This document shows positions 9,464 to 19,285 of a stretch of DNA of 64,000 nt, piece after piece. The DNA is taken from positions 1 to 64,000 of IMG/VR virus record IMGVR_UViG_2974647559_000001. One strand, given 5' to 3'. Each line of letters opens with the position of its first letter. Within the stretch, counting starts at the first letter, position 1. The DNA is from a virus (taxonomy: Duplodnaviria > Caudoviricetes). Below the pieces are notes generated by a model. It ran no database searches. It was given only the letters and a program-made list of their open reading frames with translations, and was not told the origin of the DNA. Position numbers and translations under genes: made by a program.

Positions 9464-9668
9464 AAATATGTATCACCCATTCATCGGTTTTATCCACCAT
9501 CTCAACACCAAGCTCATCTGCACATTTCTTCATCTCGGAGTAGACTTTATACTCGTCACTATCCTCTGGGTAACTAGCATACCTCAAAGGGAACTTAATT
9601 ACAGGTGTTTTACCTTCTACTGGCTCGAAGTAATAACCGACGTCAAAACATTCTTCATCTTTTCCCAT
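9447..9668 (-). CDS. Hypothetical protein
   Basis: 73-aa acidic ORF in operon. Confidence 0.6.
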   Translation of the reverse strand: MGKDEECFDVGYYFEPVEGKTPVIKFPLRYASYPEDSDEYKVYSEMKKCADELGVEMVDKTDEWVIHIYDSTI

Positions 9669-9852
9669 TAATCACCTCTGGAATTAGCTCCATTAACTGC
9701 ATATATAACTCCTTATTATACTCATACATATTCTCTCCATCCAAGTCAATTAGTCTTGGTATTTCAGAGTCATCATCACCAATATAAAAATAATGGGAGG
9801 TGATTTGTTTTAATACAGTTTCCAGATGTTCTTCTCTGCTGTATTTATTCAT
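9655..9852 (-). CDS. Hypothetical protein
   Basis: 65-aa ORF in operon. Confidence 0.6.
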   Translation of the reverse strand: MNKYSREEHLETVLKQITSHYFYIGDDDSEIPRLIDLDGENMYEYNKELYMQLMELIPEVINGKR

Positions 9853-10879
9853 TGATAATCCCCATCTTATTCATCATACTTCTGACGCACACCTCATCAC
9901 CTTCAAACCGAAGCATCCTAGCACAATTAAAGTAAAGCTGCATTACATCAATATAATCTACTGTATGGACAACATCGTCGTATGCCACATAATCAAATTT
10001 ATCTTTGCCATACCAAGATAAATATAAGTCATGTACCACTTGCATACACTCTTTATCTGATTGTAGTGGGGCTAGTAATGCTACAGCAGTCTTACTACCA
10101 AACCGTTTCAACTTAATACCTAATTGGTTAGCAGTATCTCTTGGGTCATAATTATCCACTGGGTCGCCAGCAATCCATTGATAGTAGAGCCATTTACGAC
10201 CATGCCCATCAGGTTTATCTGTCTTAGAAGATGTATTGACAAATACTTCCCCTAACCCATCAATGAATTGTGGTTCACCATCACCCTTCTCATCATTAAT
10301 ATGGTCATACCACCAACCCATATTCCCAAGACGATCTTTATCCTGTGTGCAACCAATAATCTTCTGACCCGATTTGTAGCCATCGTAAACGCGCATTGCT
10401 AAACGATCATCAGCTTCGTACCCATGTACTACGTCAGCTTTCCAATACTTAATCAAATACTCTTTAACATCGTCAAGTAATATTGGTCGGCTATCGGGGT
10501 CACGCTGCCCTTTATATTGACCAGACTTAGTAGGGTCATTATTCTTTGGTAGTGGTAATGTATCACGGAAATTATTATCACCAGAGATATAAATCTCAAT
10601 ATTCTCAGTCTTAAATTTATTCTGTAACCACAATAATTTCTTCTTAACCGTTGAGAAAGCGTTTTGTTTTGGTTCTGCTACTTTACGAACTTCTGTTGTA
10701 AAGAACCCATCAGGTACTTCCAAACCAGCAGTGAATTTAGCAAACTCTGTTTTGTTCTTGAATCCGTGTTCAAATTCATTTGTCGTATTTTTGTACATCA
10801 ATAATTTTTGTTCTGCTGCGATAGCGTGGACAAAAGCTAATTCATCTCCATCAACAACTAAGACTACCTCATCACTCAT
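9845..10879 (-). CDS. 5'-3' exonuclease (T7 gp6/FEN-like)
   Basis: VDGD, NFR, YKGQR, EADD, DKD, GDPVDN motifs. Confidence 0.88.
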   Translation of the reverse strand: MSDEVVLVVDGDELAFVHAIAAEQKLLMYKNTTNEFEHGFKNKTEFAKFTAGLEVPDGFFTTEVRKVAEPKQNAFSTVKKKLLWLQNKFKTENIEIYISGDNNFRDTLPLPKNNDPTKSGQYKGQRDPDSRPILLDDVKEYLIKYWKADVVHGYEADDRLAMRVYDGYKSGQKIIGCTQDKDRLGNMGWWYDHINDEKGDGEPQFIDGLGEVFVNTSSKTDKPDGHGRKWLYYQWIAGDPVDNYDPRDTANQLGIKLKRFGSKTAVALLAPLQSDKECMQVVHDLYLSWYGKDKFDYVAYDDVVHTVDYIDVMQLYFNCARMLRFEGDEVCVRSMMNKMGIINE

Positions 10880-11094
10880 ACATTCACCTCAATATTAGGC
10901 TCTGGTCTACACTCTGGTTTAGACCAGCCTTTCCCACCTTTGTTGATGTATACAAACCCACCATTAGATGTACATTCCTTTTTGAACGCCTCAATATAAT
11001 TACTATGTCTAACATCATTGTATGCAATTACAGAGAAGAATATAAATATAAAACTCAACATAAAAATTGTGAAGTATTTATCCCAACCAAACAT
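10876..11094 (-). CDS. Small membrane protein
   Basis: N-terminal hydrophobic helix; ATGA overlap. Confidence 0.65.
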   Translation of the reverse strand: MFGWDKYFTIFMLSFIFIFFSVIAYNDVRHSNYIEAFKKECTSNGGFVYINKGGKGWSKPECRPEPNIEVNV

Positions 11095-11140
11095 AACCCC
11101 TCCAATTTAATCAAGCACATCCTTGTGCAATTATCACTAA

Positions 11141-11419
11141 TTAACTAGCTTTAATCTTACCTAATATACTTACTTCAGCCAAAGCATTCTCAACATTACT
11201 TACCTTAGTCTGAGCCTTCAATAATAATTGCTGCCCATCATAAGCTGCATTTAGTAATTCATTGAACACCTTAGCCTTAATTATATCCGTATTTTGTAAT
11301 GTACTAGCAATATCTGCTATATCGCTTTCAGTGATATCAATCAATTCTTTCAATCGCAATGCTCGTTCTAACGCATCTTTTACAGCTAATCGTTTGTTTA
11401 AATCTTGTGGTAAGGACAT
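11141..11419 (-). CDS. T4 DsbA/GapR-like dsDNA-binding protein
   Basis: 92-aa helical protein; KAKVFNELLNAAY resembles T4 DsbA DGKMFNRLLALY (from memory). Confidence 0.5.
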   Translation of the reverse strand: MSLPQDLNKRLAVKDALERALRLKELIDITESDIADIASTLQNTDIIKAKVFNELLNAAYDGQQLLLKAQTKVSNVENALAEVSILGKIKAS

Positions 11420-11628
11420 TAAAAATTCTCCTGAGCATAATTACCTAATTTAATATTTGCAATAGCAAATGCACACATATACACTTCCCGATCATCTTCG
11501 GTTTCAAATGAAGTTATATCTGCAATCCATTTGTTATACAACTCATCTCGCAATTGGTTGTATTTAGCCACTTTCTCTTGCGGCCAATCTAGCATAACCA
11601 TACGTAGTTGTTTTTCTTCTGGTGACAT
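11419..11628 (-). CDS. Hypothetical protein
   Basis: 69-aa ORF with AGGAG RBS. Confidence 0.65.
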   Translation of the reverse strand: MSPEEKQLRMVMLDWPQEKVAKYNQLRDELYNKWIADITSFETEDDREVYMCAFAIANIKLGNYAQENF

Positions 11629-11682
11629 TAGATTGTTTCCTCCTATAAATCAGCCTCAAGCGCCAACTGGCAGCGCTAAATA

Positions 11683-11922
11683 TTAGTAGCCGTTGCCGTC
11701 GCCGTTGCCGTTGCCGTCGCCGTTGCCGTCACCATAGCCGTAGCCGTCACCATAGCCGTCGCCGTCACCATAGCCGTAGCCGTAGCCGTAGCCGTTGCCG
11801 TAGCCGTTGCCGTAGCCGTATCCGTTGCCGTAGCCGTTGCCGTCGCCGTAGCCGTTGCCGTTGCCGTAGCCGTTGCCGTAGCCGTTGCCGGTTATTTTAA
11901 TTGCTAATGATTCAGGCTCCAT
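11683..11922 (-). CDS. Gly-rich (G-N/Y/D)n repeat protein
   Basis: Short leader followed by ~33 G-x dipeptides. Confidence 0.7.
   Translation of the reverse strand: MEPESLAIKITGNGYGNGYGNGNGYGDGNGYGNGYGYGNGYGNGYGYGYGYGDGDGYGDGYGYGDGNGDGNGNGDGNGY
11686..11890. repeat. Degenerate 6-bp tandem repeat (GCCGTA/GCCGTT/GCCGTC)
   Basis: Seen directly; encodes the Gly-x repeat. Confidence 0.9.
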
Positions 11923-11925
11923 AAA

Positions 11926-12240
11926 TCACCATTTTGATCCATTAACATTCATATACATCACTACAGTTAATGGATGCACCATAACATCAGGGCATTTATC
12001 CAAAACTGTTTTAACTGTCGGCCCTTTTTCTGCCAGCTCACCCAATCCCTTAGTTGTACCCCAATTGCGAATAACATAGCAATTACTGATTTTAATTTCT
12101 TCTGGCGTCCTTTCTACGTCGCCAACTACAATCCAGCCGCGCTGTAAAACTACGATTTGCTTTTTGGTTGCAGCAACAGATACTGAATAGGCGCGAACAT
12201 ACTGAACATTGTCGACTTGAATGGTTTTTGGTTGTGACAT
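11926..12240 (-). CDS. Conserved phage protein often adjacent to Gly-repeat genes
   Basis: IVVLQRGWIVVG...RNWGTTKGLGELA motif. Confidence 0.7.
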   Translation of the reverse strand: MSQPKTIQVDNVQYVRAYSVSVAATKKQIVVLQRGWIVVGDVERTPEEIKISNCYVIRNWGTTKGLGELAEKGPTVKTVLDKCPDVMVHPLTVVMYMNVNGSKW

Positions 12241-12250
12241 TTATTTCTCC

Positions 12251-12445
12251 TTATTTAAGTAATGCAACAATAGTTACTAAAACTAACCCAACACTTAATA
12301 TAACAGTAATTGGTAACCACAATGGACTCAACACCCACCACCAACTCCAATCAACATGGTCAGTTAGTTTTAAACCAACAAATAATACTGTTAATAACCC
12401 ACAGAAACCAATACAACCAGAACTTTGTGCTGTAGTGTTGCTCAT
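12251..12445 (-). CDS. Conserved small phage membrane protein (SWWWVLSPLW family)
   Basis: Two hydrophobic helices flanking DWSWWWVLSPLW. Confidence 0.8.
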   Translation of the reverse strand: MSNTTAQSSGCIGFCGLLTVLFVGLKLTDHVDWSWWWVLSPLWLPITVILSVGLVLVTIVALLK

Positions 12446-12467
12446 AGATTCTCCTTATTTCAAATAA

Positions 12468-12488
12468 AGGGCTAAACTAAATTAGCCC
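12468..12488 (-). terminator. Rho-independent terminator after ssb
   Basis: GGGCTAA/TTAGCCC stem, T-rich tail on minus strand. Confidence 0.7.
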
Positions 12489-12511
12489 GATTGTTTATTT
12501 TAAATTACACC

Positions 12512-13246
12512 CTAGAACGGCGATGAATCTTCGTCATCCTCTACGGCTTCCTGTACAACCTTCTGAGCCGTTTTCTTAGAGGGGGTTGGTGTTGGCTCAT
12601 CATCAGTAGGGAAATCGTCTACAGGGTTCTCTACTGCTGTTTTAGCATCACTCTGAACACTAATACCAAGTACATCATCAAACATCTCACCATCTTCACG
12701 ATTATATGCAACATGCTCCTTCACAACAACAGTGTCAAGCATGACCACGAGCATGTTATCAGCATTACGATAAGCGAAAGCTTTAATATCACACACCGAA
12801 CCATTACCAACTTCCTGTGTAAATGGTCGGCCTTTGGCGTCTACCACTTTCAGTGGTGTATATTCCTTAGTGATTGCACCATCCTTGTCACGCTTAACAG
12901 TGTCACGACCTAATTGTGCAGCGAACATACCCCCGTATGGTGCGTTAGCTTCTAAGTCTACAGGGTACTTCACTTTACCACGATTGGCGCCTTTTTTAAT
13001 CTTAGTAACGCCGACTTCACTAAATTCTTTATTTATACCAATTTTTTCCAGCTTTTCCATTGTATCTGCGTTAAGGAACACATTTAACTGGTATGCAGTA
13101 TCCTCAGATTGGTATTTTTTAGCTGGCTCTAACACTTTGGCATATGTTACTGGTACATTTAAAAAGTATAAGTAAGCTAATTCTAAATCCTTACCTTTAG
13201 CTTCTTTGGTTACTCGGTACACTACGTTTGTATTGAACTTTGACAT
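12512..13246 (-). CDS. Single-stranded DNA-binding protein (T7 gp2.5-like)
   Basis: VGNGS motif, acidic tail ending in Phe (EDDEDSSPF), position in replication module. Confidence 0.75.
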   Translation of the reverse strand: MSKFNTNVVYRVTKEAKGKDLELAYLYFLNVPVTYAKVLEPAKKYQSEDTAYQLNVFLNADTMEKLEKIGINKEFSEVGVTKIKKGANRGKVKYPVDLEANAPYGGMFAAQLGRDTVKRDKDGAITKEYTPLKVVDAKGRPFTQEVGNGSVCDIKAFAYRNADNMLVVMLDTVVVKEHVAYNREDGEMFDDVLGISVQSDAKTAVENPVDDFPTDDEPTPTPSKKTAQKVVQEAVEDDEDSSPF

Positions 13247-13279
13247 ATTTATATTTCCTCTTTGTTGTTTAAAATTAAA

Positions 13280-13495
13280 TTATTGTGCCACTACTTGCTT
13301 ACTTGTACGTACCAACATCTTGTCGATCATTAACACCTGTTTGTAATAACCTCGCAAGATTACACTGGATTTACTTTCATAACTACCACCCAATGGTCGC
13401 CAGTTCGTTAAGTCCCCAACAAGGTTATCGTGAAACCGTTTCTGTTGCAACAAATTAAATTGCTCTAAATTTTGCGACTGGTTTAAGTAGTTCAT
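13280..13495 (-). CDS. Hypothetical protein
   Basis: 71-aa ORF with GGAG RBS. Confidence 0.6.
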   Translation of the reverse strand: MNYLNQSQNLEQFNLLQQKRFHDNLVGDLTNWRPLGGSYESKSSVILRGYYKQVLMIDKMLVRTSKQVVAQ

Positions 13496-13507
13496 GGTAT
13501 CTCTCCT

Positions 13508-14185
13508 CTATTTATTTGTCCAATCTGTTTCGAGATTATACATCTCTCGTAAACGTTTTGCAACTCTTTCGTCCGGCTGCTCATCTGCAAGTTTTAAAGC
13601 GTGTTCATACTTCTCAGCCTTCCAACACAAATGAGCATCTAATTGATTAGGAAACCTACCTAAATAATCCCTCTTTCCCGTAAAAGGGTTTTTACAAATA
13701 GCCTGATAGATTTCTTTGTCCCTACTTTTATCGAGTGTGGTGCCAAGTAAAGATTGACCACGGCTTTTTGGTTTGCTGTTGATAAAACTGTTCAAACTTT
13801 TTGGGATGTACACGCACTTAGTTGGGGCATACTCTCTGTTTCCTTCAAATAAGAAATCCTTATCTAACTGACACTTTTGCCAATCTTTATTGGGTTGAGA
13901 ATCCACCCACCTAATAAAATCAGAAAAATATCTCCATTCTTCAGAAACAGAACAACCTTTGTATGTTGGGTAAATGTTTTGGTAATTAACACAAAAACAT
14001 CTTGTCAACATGTTCATCCAATCTGAATAATAAGGACAAATCCAAACATTTTTCTTTTTGCCGTCTATAGTACGACTTTTAGTCACAAAACCACTAGCGT
14101 CATTTATTGCCCATCCATATATCAGATTTTCCAAATTACCTCCTAACTTCCAAATTACCATCCTTGGTTTAGAATGATACACCAA
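13508..14185 (-). CDS. HNH-like free-standing homing endonuclease, paralogue 2 (start uncertain)
   Basis: CPYYSDW..RC..PTYKGCSV..WRYFSDF..LDKD; sits directly downstream of the polymerase gene. Confidence 0.75.
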   Translation of the reverse strand: MVYHSKPRMVIWKLGGNLENLIYGWAINDASGFVTKSRTIDGKKKNVWICPYYSDWMNMLTRCFCVNYQNIYPTYKGCSVSEEWRYFSDFIRWVDSQPNKDWQKCQLDKDFLFEGNREYAPTKCVYIPKSLNSFINSKPKSRGQSLLGTTLDKSRDKEIYQAICKNPFTGKRDYLGRFPNQLDAHLCWKAEKYEHALKLADEQPDERVAKRLREMYNLETDWTNK

Positions 14186-14206
14186 TTACAATCAGATTGC
14201 AAGGGT

Positions 14207-16411
14207 TTATTCTGTTTCTTCCAAACTTTCTTCACCATCAGCAAATTCAATCAACTTCCATGTACGTTCAATGTAATAATCATAATCAATATCCCACTGG
14301 AATTCACTTATGTCATTACATACTTTACATTTCCAGTTTGATTCAACCATGAACCGTCTATATTCGCATGGTGTTTCTACTGTATGACTAAGAGTATAAC
14401 CTTTCTTCTTGTACTTATCAATGTCTGTTTTAGCAGAAATCACAACTTCATCCATTAATTCGTGATTCACCCAAACTTCTTCGGTTTTTGTTTCAGTTAA
14501 CGGTGGCATGACTTTAACTAGATCCATACCTTTAGTGCTAATGTAATATCGACATATATTCTGTGTCTGATGGTCAACACCATTACTACCAACCATAACC
14601 AGTTTGCTACTTCTCGATACTTTTGTGCGGAGCATAAAATCATACTTGTTATCATGTTTACGTATGAATTCTTCTGGATCAGCACCTTCTGATAAGTATT
14701 TTTCAGCAGCAATTTTCACAATCAATGCTGAATGATTCTTATTATTTGGTAAATCTTTCCATTCATATGCACCTTTGGACTTTAAACTACCGTCCAATTT
14801 AACAGCTACATAACTGTTTACATCTCGAATAACCATTTTGTTATAGTCACATCTTTCTAGTGCTAATTTAGTGGTGTCCTCCCACCACTTTACAATGTCT
14901 ATACATTTCTGTTCGTCACTTCGTTTACGTTTAAATGTTAAACCGTCAGTATTGCATTGTATGATCATACAATGGTCTAACTTTAAAAGCTGTTCAACAA
15001 TCATACATAAAGAAAGTTGACCATTTACAGTAATAGCCATCGTAAACTTTGAGTCAAAGAATGGACTGTATTGGTCATTGCTCTTACCATATGTTCCATT
15101 CAGTGCTAGTTTTAACATAGCATTTTCTGCTGACTTCTTATCATAAGATTTACGGAGATTATATAAGTATTCGTATATATCACAAAACTCAACACCTAAA
15201 TGTTCAGGATACACCCTATTCTTAATAGCCAAATTAGGGTAATAAGAACTAACATCTTCGTCCTCTATGATGTATTCATCATCAGAAACTACCACATTCT
15301 TCTCTAATGAAGCATGTAAACCACCTGTGCCGTAGACATAACATAACCCATCAATTACAACATTGAGTGATTCAGCTATTCTATAATTGAACCAATACGC
15401 CTTTTTAAACCCACCACCGTCTTTCTTTGGTAACTTAGCTTTAAGTTCAATTTCTTCAACCCAACCCAAAGGGTACTGTTTTAACATTTCATCAATTTCT
15501 TTTTGTGTAGGTTTGTCCTTAAACTTAACTCTTTTGGTTGCCAGTAAAGCATATTTGGCTACGTCACCAAGTTCATGTTCTGGTATATCTGAAAATACAC
15601 CTTTCGTTTCGGTAATGCGTTGTCGTTTCAACCATTCGAGTATTGCATTGAATTCAGGTCTTTCAAACTTAACATATGGAAATATACAATCAACTAAGTC
15701 AATATAGTTACGCTTAGTCTGTCTAACCTTACCGCTTTCGTAACACTTGATACCAGCTTTTTCTAACTCCATTACAAAGTATTCAGCACCAATCTTGGTA
15801 TCATTATAATTTAGAGCGTTCATACCATAATCAGTTACCATCTTATGTCTGAAGTCAACTTGCTCCATGCTAACTTGAAAGAATTTAATTGTTTCCAATA
15901 CATCATGTTTGTTGTATCGAATCAAAATATCTTTCTCTACATCAGACAGTTTCTTACCTACAGGAAATGGTAAGTCCTCTATGTTATCTGATCGGTTATT
16001 GAACTCAATCATCTTCAGTGATGTAGCTTTAGCTCTGTTGTCGTAATGGTGTATTTTGTACAGGTCTATCTGTTTTAAAAACACATCCTTTTCACGTACA
16101 ACATACTGCCACTTGTTGTCAGTGTTACCTGACTTGATTATCTTACAAGTCATGTTATACAAGTCTAACGCTGTACTTTTCTTATTAGTTAACAAGTGGT
16201 GTAATAAAGGATAGTCGTAGCCAACATTATTGAAGCCAACCATATATCCATTTTTTCTACGTACATCACGTAAATATTCAAACAGTTGTTCACGTTGGTC
16301 TTTTCTATCACTAATTTCAAAAACCTTAATAACCCTTTCTTGCATATCAGCAATACAACAAGTCCAAATATTAGGATAACTTTCTAGGTCGTACACCCAA
16401 TAATTATGCAC
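14207..16411 (-). CDS. Divergent family B DNA polymerase with 3'-5' exonuclease
   Basis: YDLE, FNNVGYD, YNKHD exo motifs; DVSSYYP, KLALNGTYG, NTDG polymerase motifs. Confidence 0.88.
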   Translation of the reverse strand: MHNYWVYDLESYPNIWTCCIADMQERVIKVFEISDRKDQREQLFEYLRDVRRKNGYMVGFNNVGYDYPLLHHLLTNKKSTALDLYNMTCKIIKSGNTDNKWQYVVREKDVFLKQIDLYKIHHYDNRAKATSLKMIEFNNRSDNIEDLPFPVGKKLSDVEKDILIRYNKHDVLETIKFFQVSMEQVDFRHKMVTDYGMNALNYNDTKIGAEYFVMELEKAGIKCYESGKVRQTKRNYIDLVDCIFPYVKFERPEFNAILEWLKRQRITETKGVFSDIPEHELGDVAKYALLATKRVKFKDKPTQKEIDEMLKQYPLGWVEEIELKAKLPKKDGGGFKKAYWFNYRIAESLNVVIDGLCYVYGTGGLHASLEKNVVVSDDEYIIEDEDVSSYYPNLAIKNRVYPEHLGVEFCDIYEYLYNLRKSYDKKSAENAMLKLALNGTYGKSNDQYSPFFDSKFTMAITVNGQLSLCMIVEQLLKLDHCMIIQCNTDGLTFKRKRSDEQKCIDIVKWWEDTTKLALERCDYNKMVIRDVNSYVAVKLDGSLKSKGAYEWKDLPNNKNHSALIVKIAAEKYLSEGADPEEFIRKHDNKYDFMLRTKVSRSSKLVMVGSNGVDHQTQNICRYYISTKGMDLVKVMPPLTETKTEEVWVNHELMDEVVISAKTDIDKYKKKGYTLSHTVETPCEYRRFMVESNWKCKVCNDISEFQWDIDYDYYIERTWKLIEFADGEESLEETE

Positions 16412-16422
16412 TACAAACCTCC

Positions 16423-18294
16423 TTAAAATTTACTGGTAACTACATCGTCGTCACCGTTTAGTATCTCACCAGTAGTATAATCAATATGTTCATCATTTAC
16501 AACGTTGATGTCTTGTTTATAATCTGGATTCAGTTGCCTAGCACCAGAAAAGAAATCATCATAGTCGTATTGCTGTCTGGTTTCTTGGTCATAATACAGT
16601 TTGCATATTTCACCAGTGCTACCCCCTCGACATTTTGGTACATCTACTGTTGTTGTATTGCGCTCTATTGGACACTCTGCCATTTTATTGCGATTCAATA
16701 CAATGTTAATATCAGCAGATTGAACAAATGTACCACTACCTAGTATGTCATATTCACTTACCTTACGAACCTTACCATCTTTATCAGTGGGTGGTTTACG
16801 AGTGTGTAGAACATTGATGAACACAACACCTTCTTTCTTCATAAGTTTTTGCCACATCATAAAGTTTTCTTGTTGGTCAATAGGTAAAGACCTTAACCAG
16901 TCAGTCAATGGGTCAAATATAAACATTCGACTACCATACTTCTTCATGCTTATTTCAACTTGTTTCTTTAATGTTTCAACAGTACCATTACGTTCATCTA
17001 CGATAAGAAATCTACTGACACCATCTTCGGCATATACTAAGTCATTACACATTTCCTTAATGTCTGGTTGGTTCAAGTAACGGATAGCGTCATCACCATC
17101 TTTGAACCAACTAAGGTTTTTCTTCAAGTATAAGGAATAATGATCTGTTAATAACTCACCAGCGGTTCGTTCCAAACTAATGATAGTGGGTACTAATGGG
17201 CTGTTGAAAAACCAATGCTGCTCTAAGTTATCAGTGAAGTAACTCTTACCTATTGACGTGTCACCAATCACGTTAACAATAGCACCAGTGGACTTTATAC
17301 CACCCCTCATTGCTTCTTGCAATCTATGTAAATATGCTGGTAATGTAATCTTTGGTGCTGTTAAGAATTCTTCAACTTCAGCCATTGCTTCAGCGGCAGA
17401 CTTAATACCGTTGTTTACAAAATCTTTGGCGTTAAAGAAATCTCTACTTATTTGTACTTCTTTACCGTCCTCAAGTAGTTTATGTGGGTCCTTATCAGAC
17501 CAAGTAACAATTTTAACTTTATTGGCTGGTAAAACCTTACACACTGCTTCAGTTGCCTGCTTACCTTTTTCGTCATTGTCTAAACCAAGATATATTTCTT
17601 CGTATTGGTCTAACCACTCGTATTGTGCCGCACATTGTTTTGCAGAACTACCTTCACCTGTTGTTGGTGAAACAACGTGTGTGTACTTCTGTAAAGCCTG
17701 ATACGCTGCGGCCTTATCGTTTTCACCACCGACAATTAGTATACGTTTACCAGCAGACTTGTATCTAAACTGACCAGATAGTTGACTACCTCTACCAGTG
17801 CAACCAACCTTATTCCAGCTTTTAGGTAATATACGAATCTTAAAACCAGTTACTTTATCGTCCTCTGTCTCAGGGTAATACACTTCAACAGGAACATTCT
17901 TGTTGTTGCGTTTTACCATATGACCAAAGAACTTCATTACTTCTGGAGTAATACTACGGTATGGTCTGTCAGGAAAACCAACTGTATCTTTCAGTTGCCC
18001 AATTTGTTCAGAGGTGAGTGGTTCAACTTTTGGTGCAAGGATTAATTTAATTTCACTACGAACCTCACCTTCTTCAATACCTAATTCCTTTGCATGTGAA
18101 GAACTATGTACCTGATGTTCAGAGAAGCTTTGGTTACAAGACCAACAATACCCATCATAATAAATATTACCCTGTGCATCTTCTTTTTGCCAAATACTCA
18201 ATGCGTCACTCGAATTACAACTATCCTTATCGTCAAACTCATTAGCTATACAGCTAAACTTCTGGTTGATTCTCTGACCACTTTCTTTACTCAC
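16423..18294 (-). CDS. Primase-helicase (T7 gp4/Twinkle-like)
   Basis: Zn-binding CWSC, TOPRIM GENDK and LDND, Walker A GDTSIGKS. Confidence 0.9.
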   Translation of the reverse strand: MSKESGQRINQKFSCIANEFDDKDSCNSSDALSIWQKEDAQGNIYYDGYCWSCNQSFSEHQVHSSSHAKELGIEEGEVRSEIKLILAPKVEPLTSEQIGQLKDTVGFPDRPYRSITPEVMKFFGHMVKRNNKNVPVEVYYPETEDDKVTGFKIRILPKSWNKVGCTGRGSQLSGQFRYKSAGKRILIVGGENDKAAAYQALQKYTHVVSPTTGEGSSAKQCAAQYEWLDQYEEIYLGLDNDEKGKQATEAVCKVLPANKVKIVTWSDKDPHKLLEDGKEVQISRDFFNAKDFVNNGIKSAAEAMAEVEEFLTAPKITLPAYLHRLQEAMRGGIKSTGAIVNVIGDTSIGKSYFTDNLEQHWFFNSPLVPTIISLERTAGELLTDHYSLYLKKNLSWFKDGDDAIRYLNQPDIKEMCNDLVYAEDGVSRFLIVDERNGTVETLKKQVEISMKKYGSRMFIFDPLTDWLRSLPIDQQENFMMWQKLMKKEGVVFINVLHTRKPPTDKDGKVRKVSEYDILGSGTFVQSADINIVLNRNKMAECPIERNTTTVDVPKCRGGSTGEICKLYYDQETRQQYDYDDFFSGARQLNPDYKQDINVVNDEHIDYTTGEILNGDDDVVTSKF

Positions 18295-18335
18295 AAACCC
18301 TCCTAATTTATCCCATAGCCTTCAGGCTACATCCA

Positions 18336-18587
18336 TCAAGCTATCACTTCACACAACAACCTAACATAATTATTAAGTTGGTGTAGATCCACAGTCTTAC
18401 CAACACAACCTATATGAACTTTACATACATCATAGTTAATAGTCAACATAAAGCTAGGGTCACACACACCCACTTCATGCTTACGGAAATAAACAAATTG
18501 GTCGTCATCTGATGATGAAAATGTTAACCCATATTCGTTAGCTATCTCTTTTAGCTGTGAGATAATTTGTATCTTATTTTCATTCAT
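18336..18587 (-). CDS. Hypothetical protein
   Basis: 83-aa ORF in operon. Confidence 0.65.
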   Translation of the reverse strand: MNENKIQIISQLKEIANEYGLTFSSSDDDQFVYFRKHEVGVCDPSFMLTINYDVCKVHIGCVGKTVDLHQLNNYVRLLCEVIA

Positions 18588-18813
18588 AGCTGATACCTGC
18601 TGCGTCTAACATTGAATGAACGTCTAACGCATCATAAGCATAATAACCACTCTCTGATTTTATTGTAGGTGGCAACTCAACCTTTTTCGCCTTGCTGGAT
18701 GCTTGCCAACATTCGAGCATTAGTTCCTTTTTTACAGCCCAATGCGGCTCGTTAAAATTGTAACCCTCAGACTCGGCCCACTTCTCAAACTCTTCTCTAA
18801 TCTTATCGCTCAT
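18580..18813 (-). CDS. Hypothetical protein
   Basis: 77-aa ORF with strong RBS. Confidence 0.7.
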   Translation of the reverse strand: MSDKIREEFEKWAESEGYNFNEPHWAVKKELMLECWQASSKAKKVELPPTIKSESGYYAYDALDVHSMLDAAGISYE

Positions 18814-18824
18814 TTCTCCCCCTC

Positions 18825-19104
18825 CTACACGACACGTAAGTCTCTAGTGAATACATTTCTACACCAAGGCGCAACACTTAGTCCTTTTATCTCTCCATTA
18901 CAGATATTAATATTGCCCCTTATTACAACAATATCATCATTATAATAGGGTAAGTAAAGTAGGCAATCTGGCGTAACTTCTCCGTTTTTTCCGGTTAAAT
19001 TTCTAACTGCCCATGCCTCATATTCAACTCTTACCGATTCCTGTTCAGCTAAGGTTATTCCGCCAAGTTTTTTTTATTAGTCAGTTTTTAATTTTACCGC
19101 TCAT
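18825..19104 (-). pseudogene. Frameshifted ~93-aa gene (or homopolymer sequencing error)
   Basis: RBS+ATG give MSGKIKN-stop; an ~80-codon open frame follows an A8 run; adding one A to each of the A5 and A8 runs fuses them. Confidence 0.5.
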
Positions 19105-19120
19105 AATTAACCCCTCCTAA

Positions 19121-19285
19121 CTAAAACAATTTAATCTGGTCACTATCTTGACACATTTTAATGTAATTTTCAAGCTGTTTTATTTCATCATTTATCTCAA
19201 ATAATTCAGCTTGTAATTCACGTTTGGTATCTAATCGTAAAGCTAGTAGTGCATTAGCTTCTTGTCGGTTGTTTGGCGTTTTCAT
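19121..19285 (-). CDS. Small coiled-coil protein (54 aa, not in ORF track)
   Basis: MKTPNNRQEANALLALRLD...; ATGA overlap with upstream gene. Confidence 0.6.
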   Translation of the reverse strand: MKTPNNRQEANALLALRLDTKRELQAELFEINDEIKQLENYIKMCQDSDQIKLF

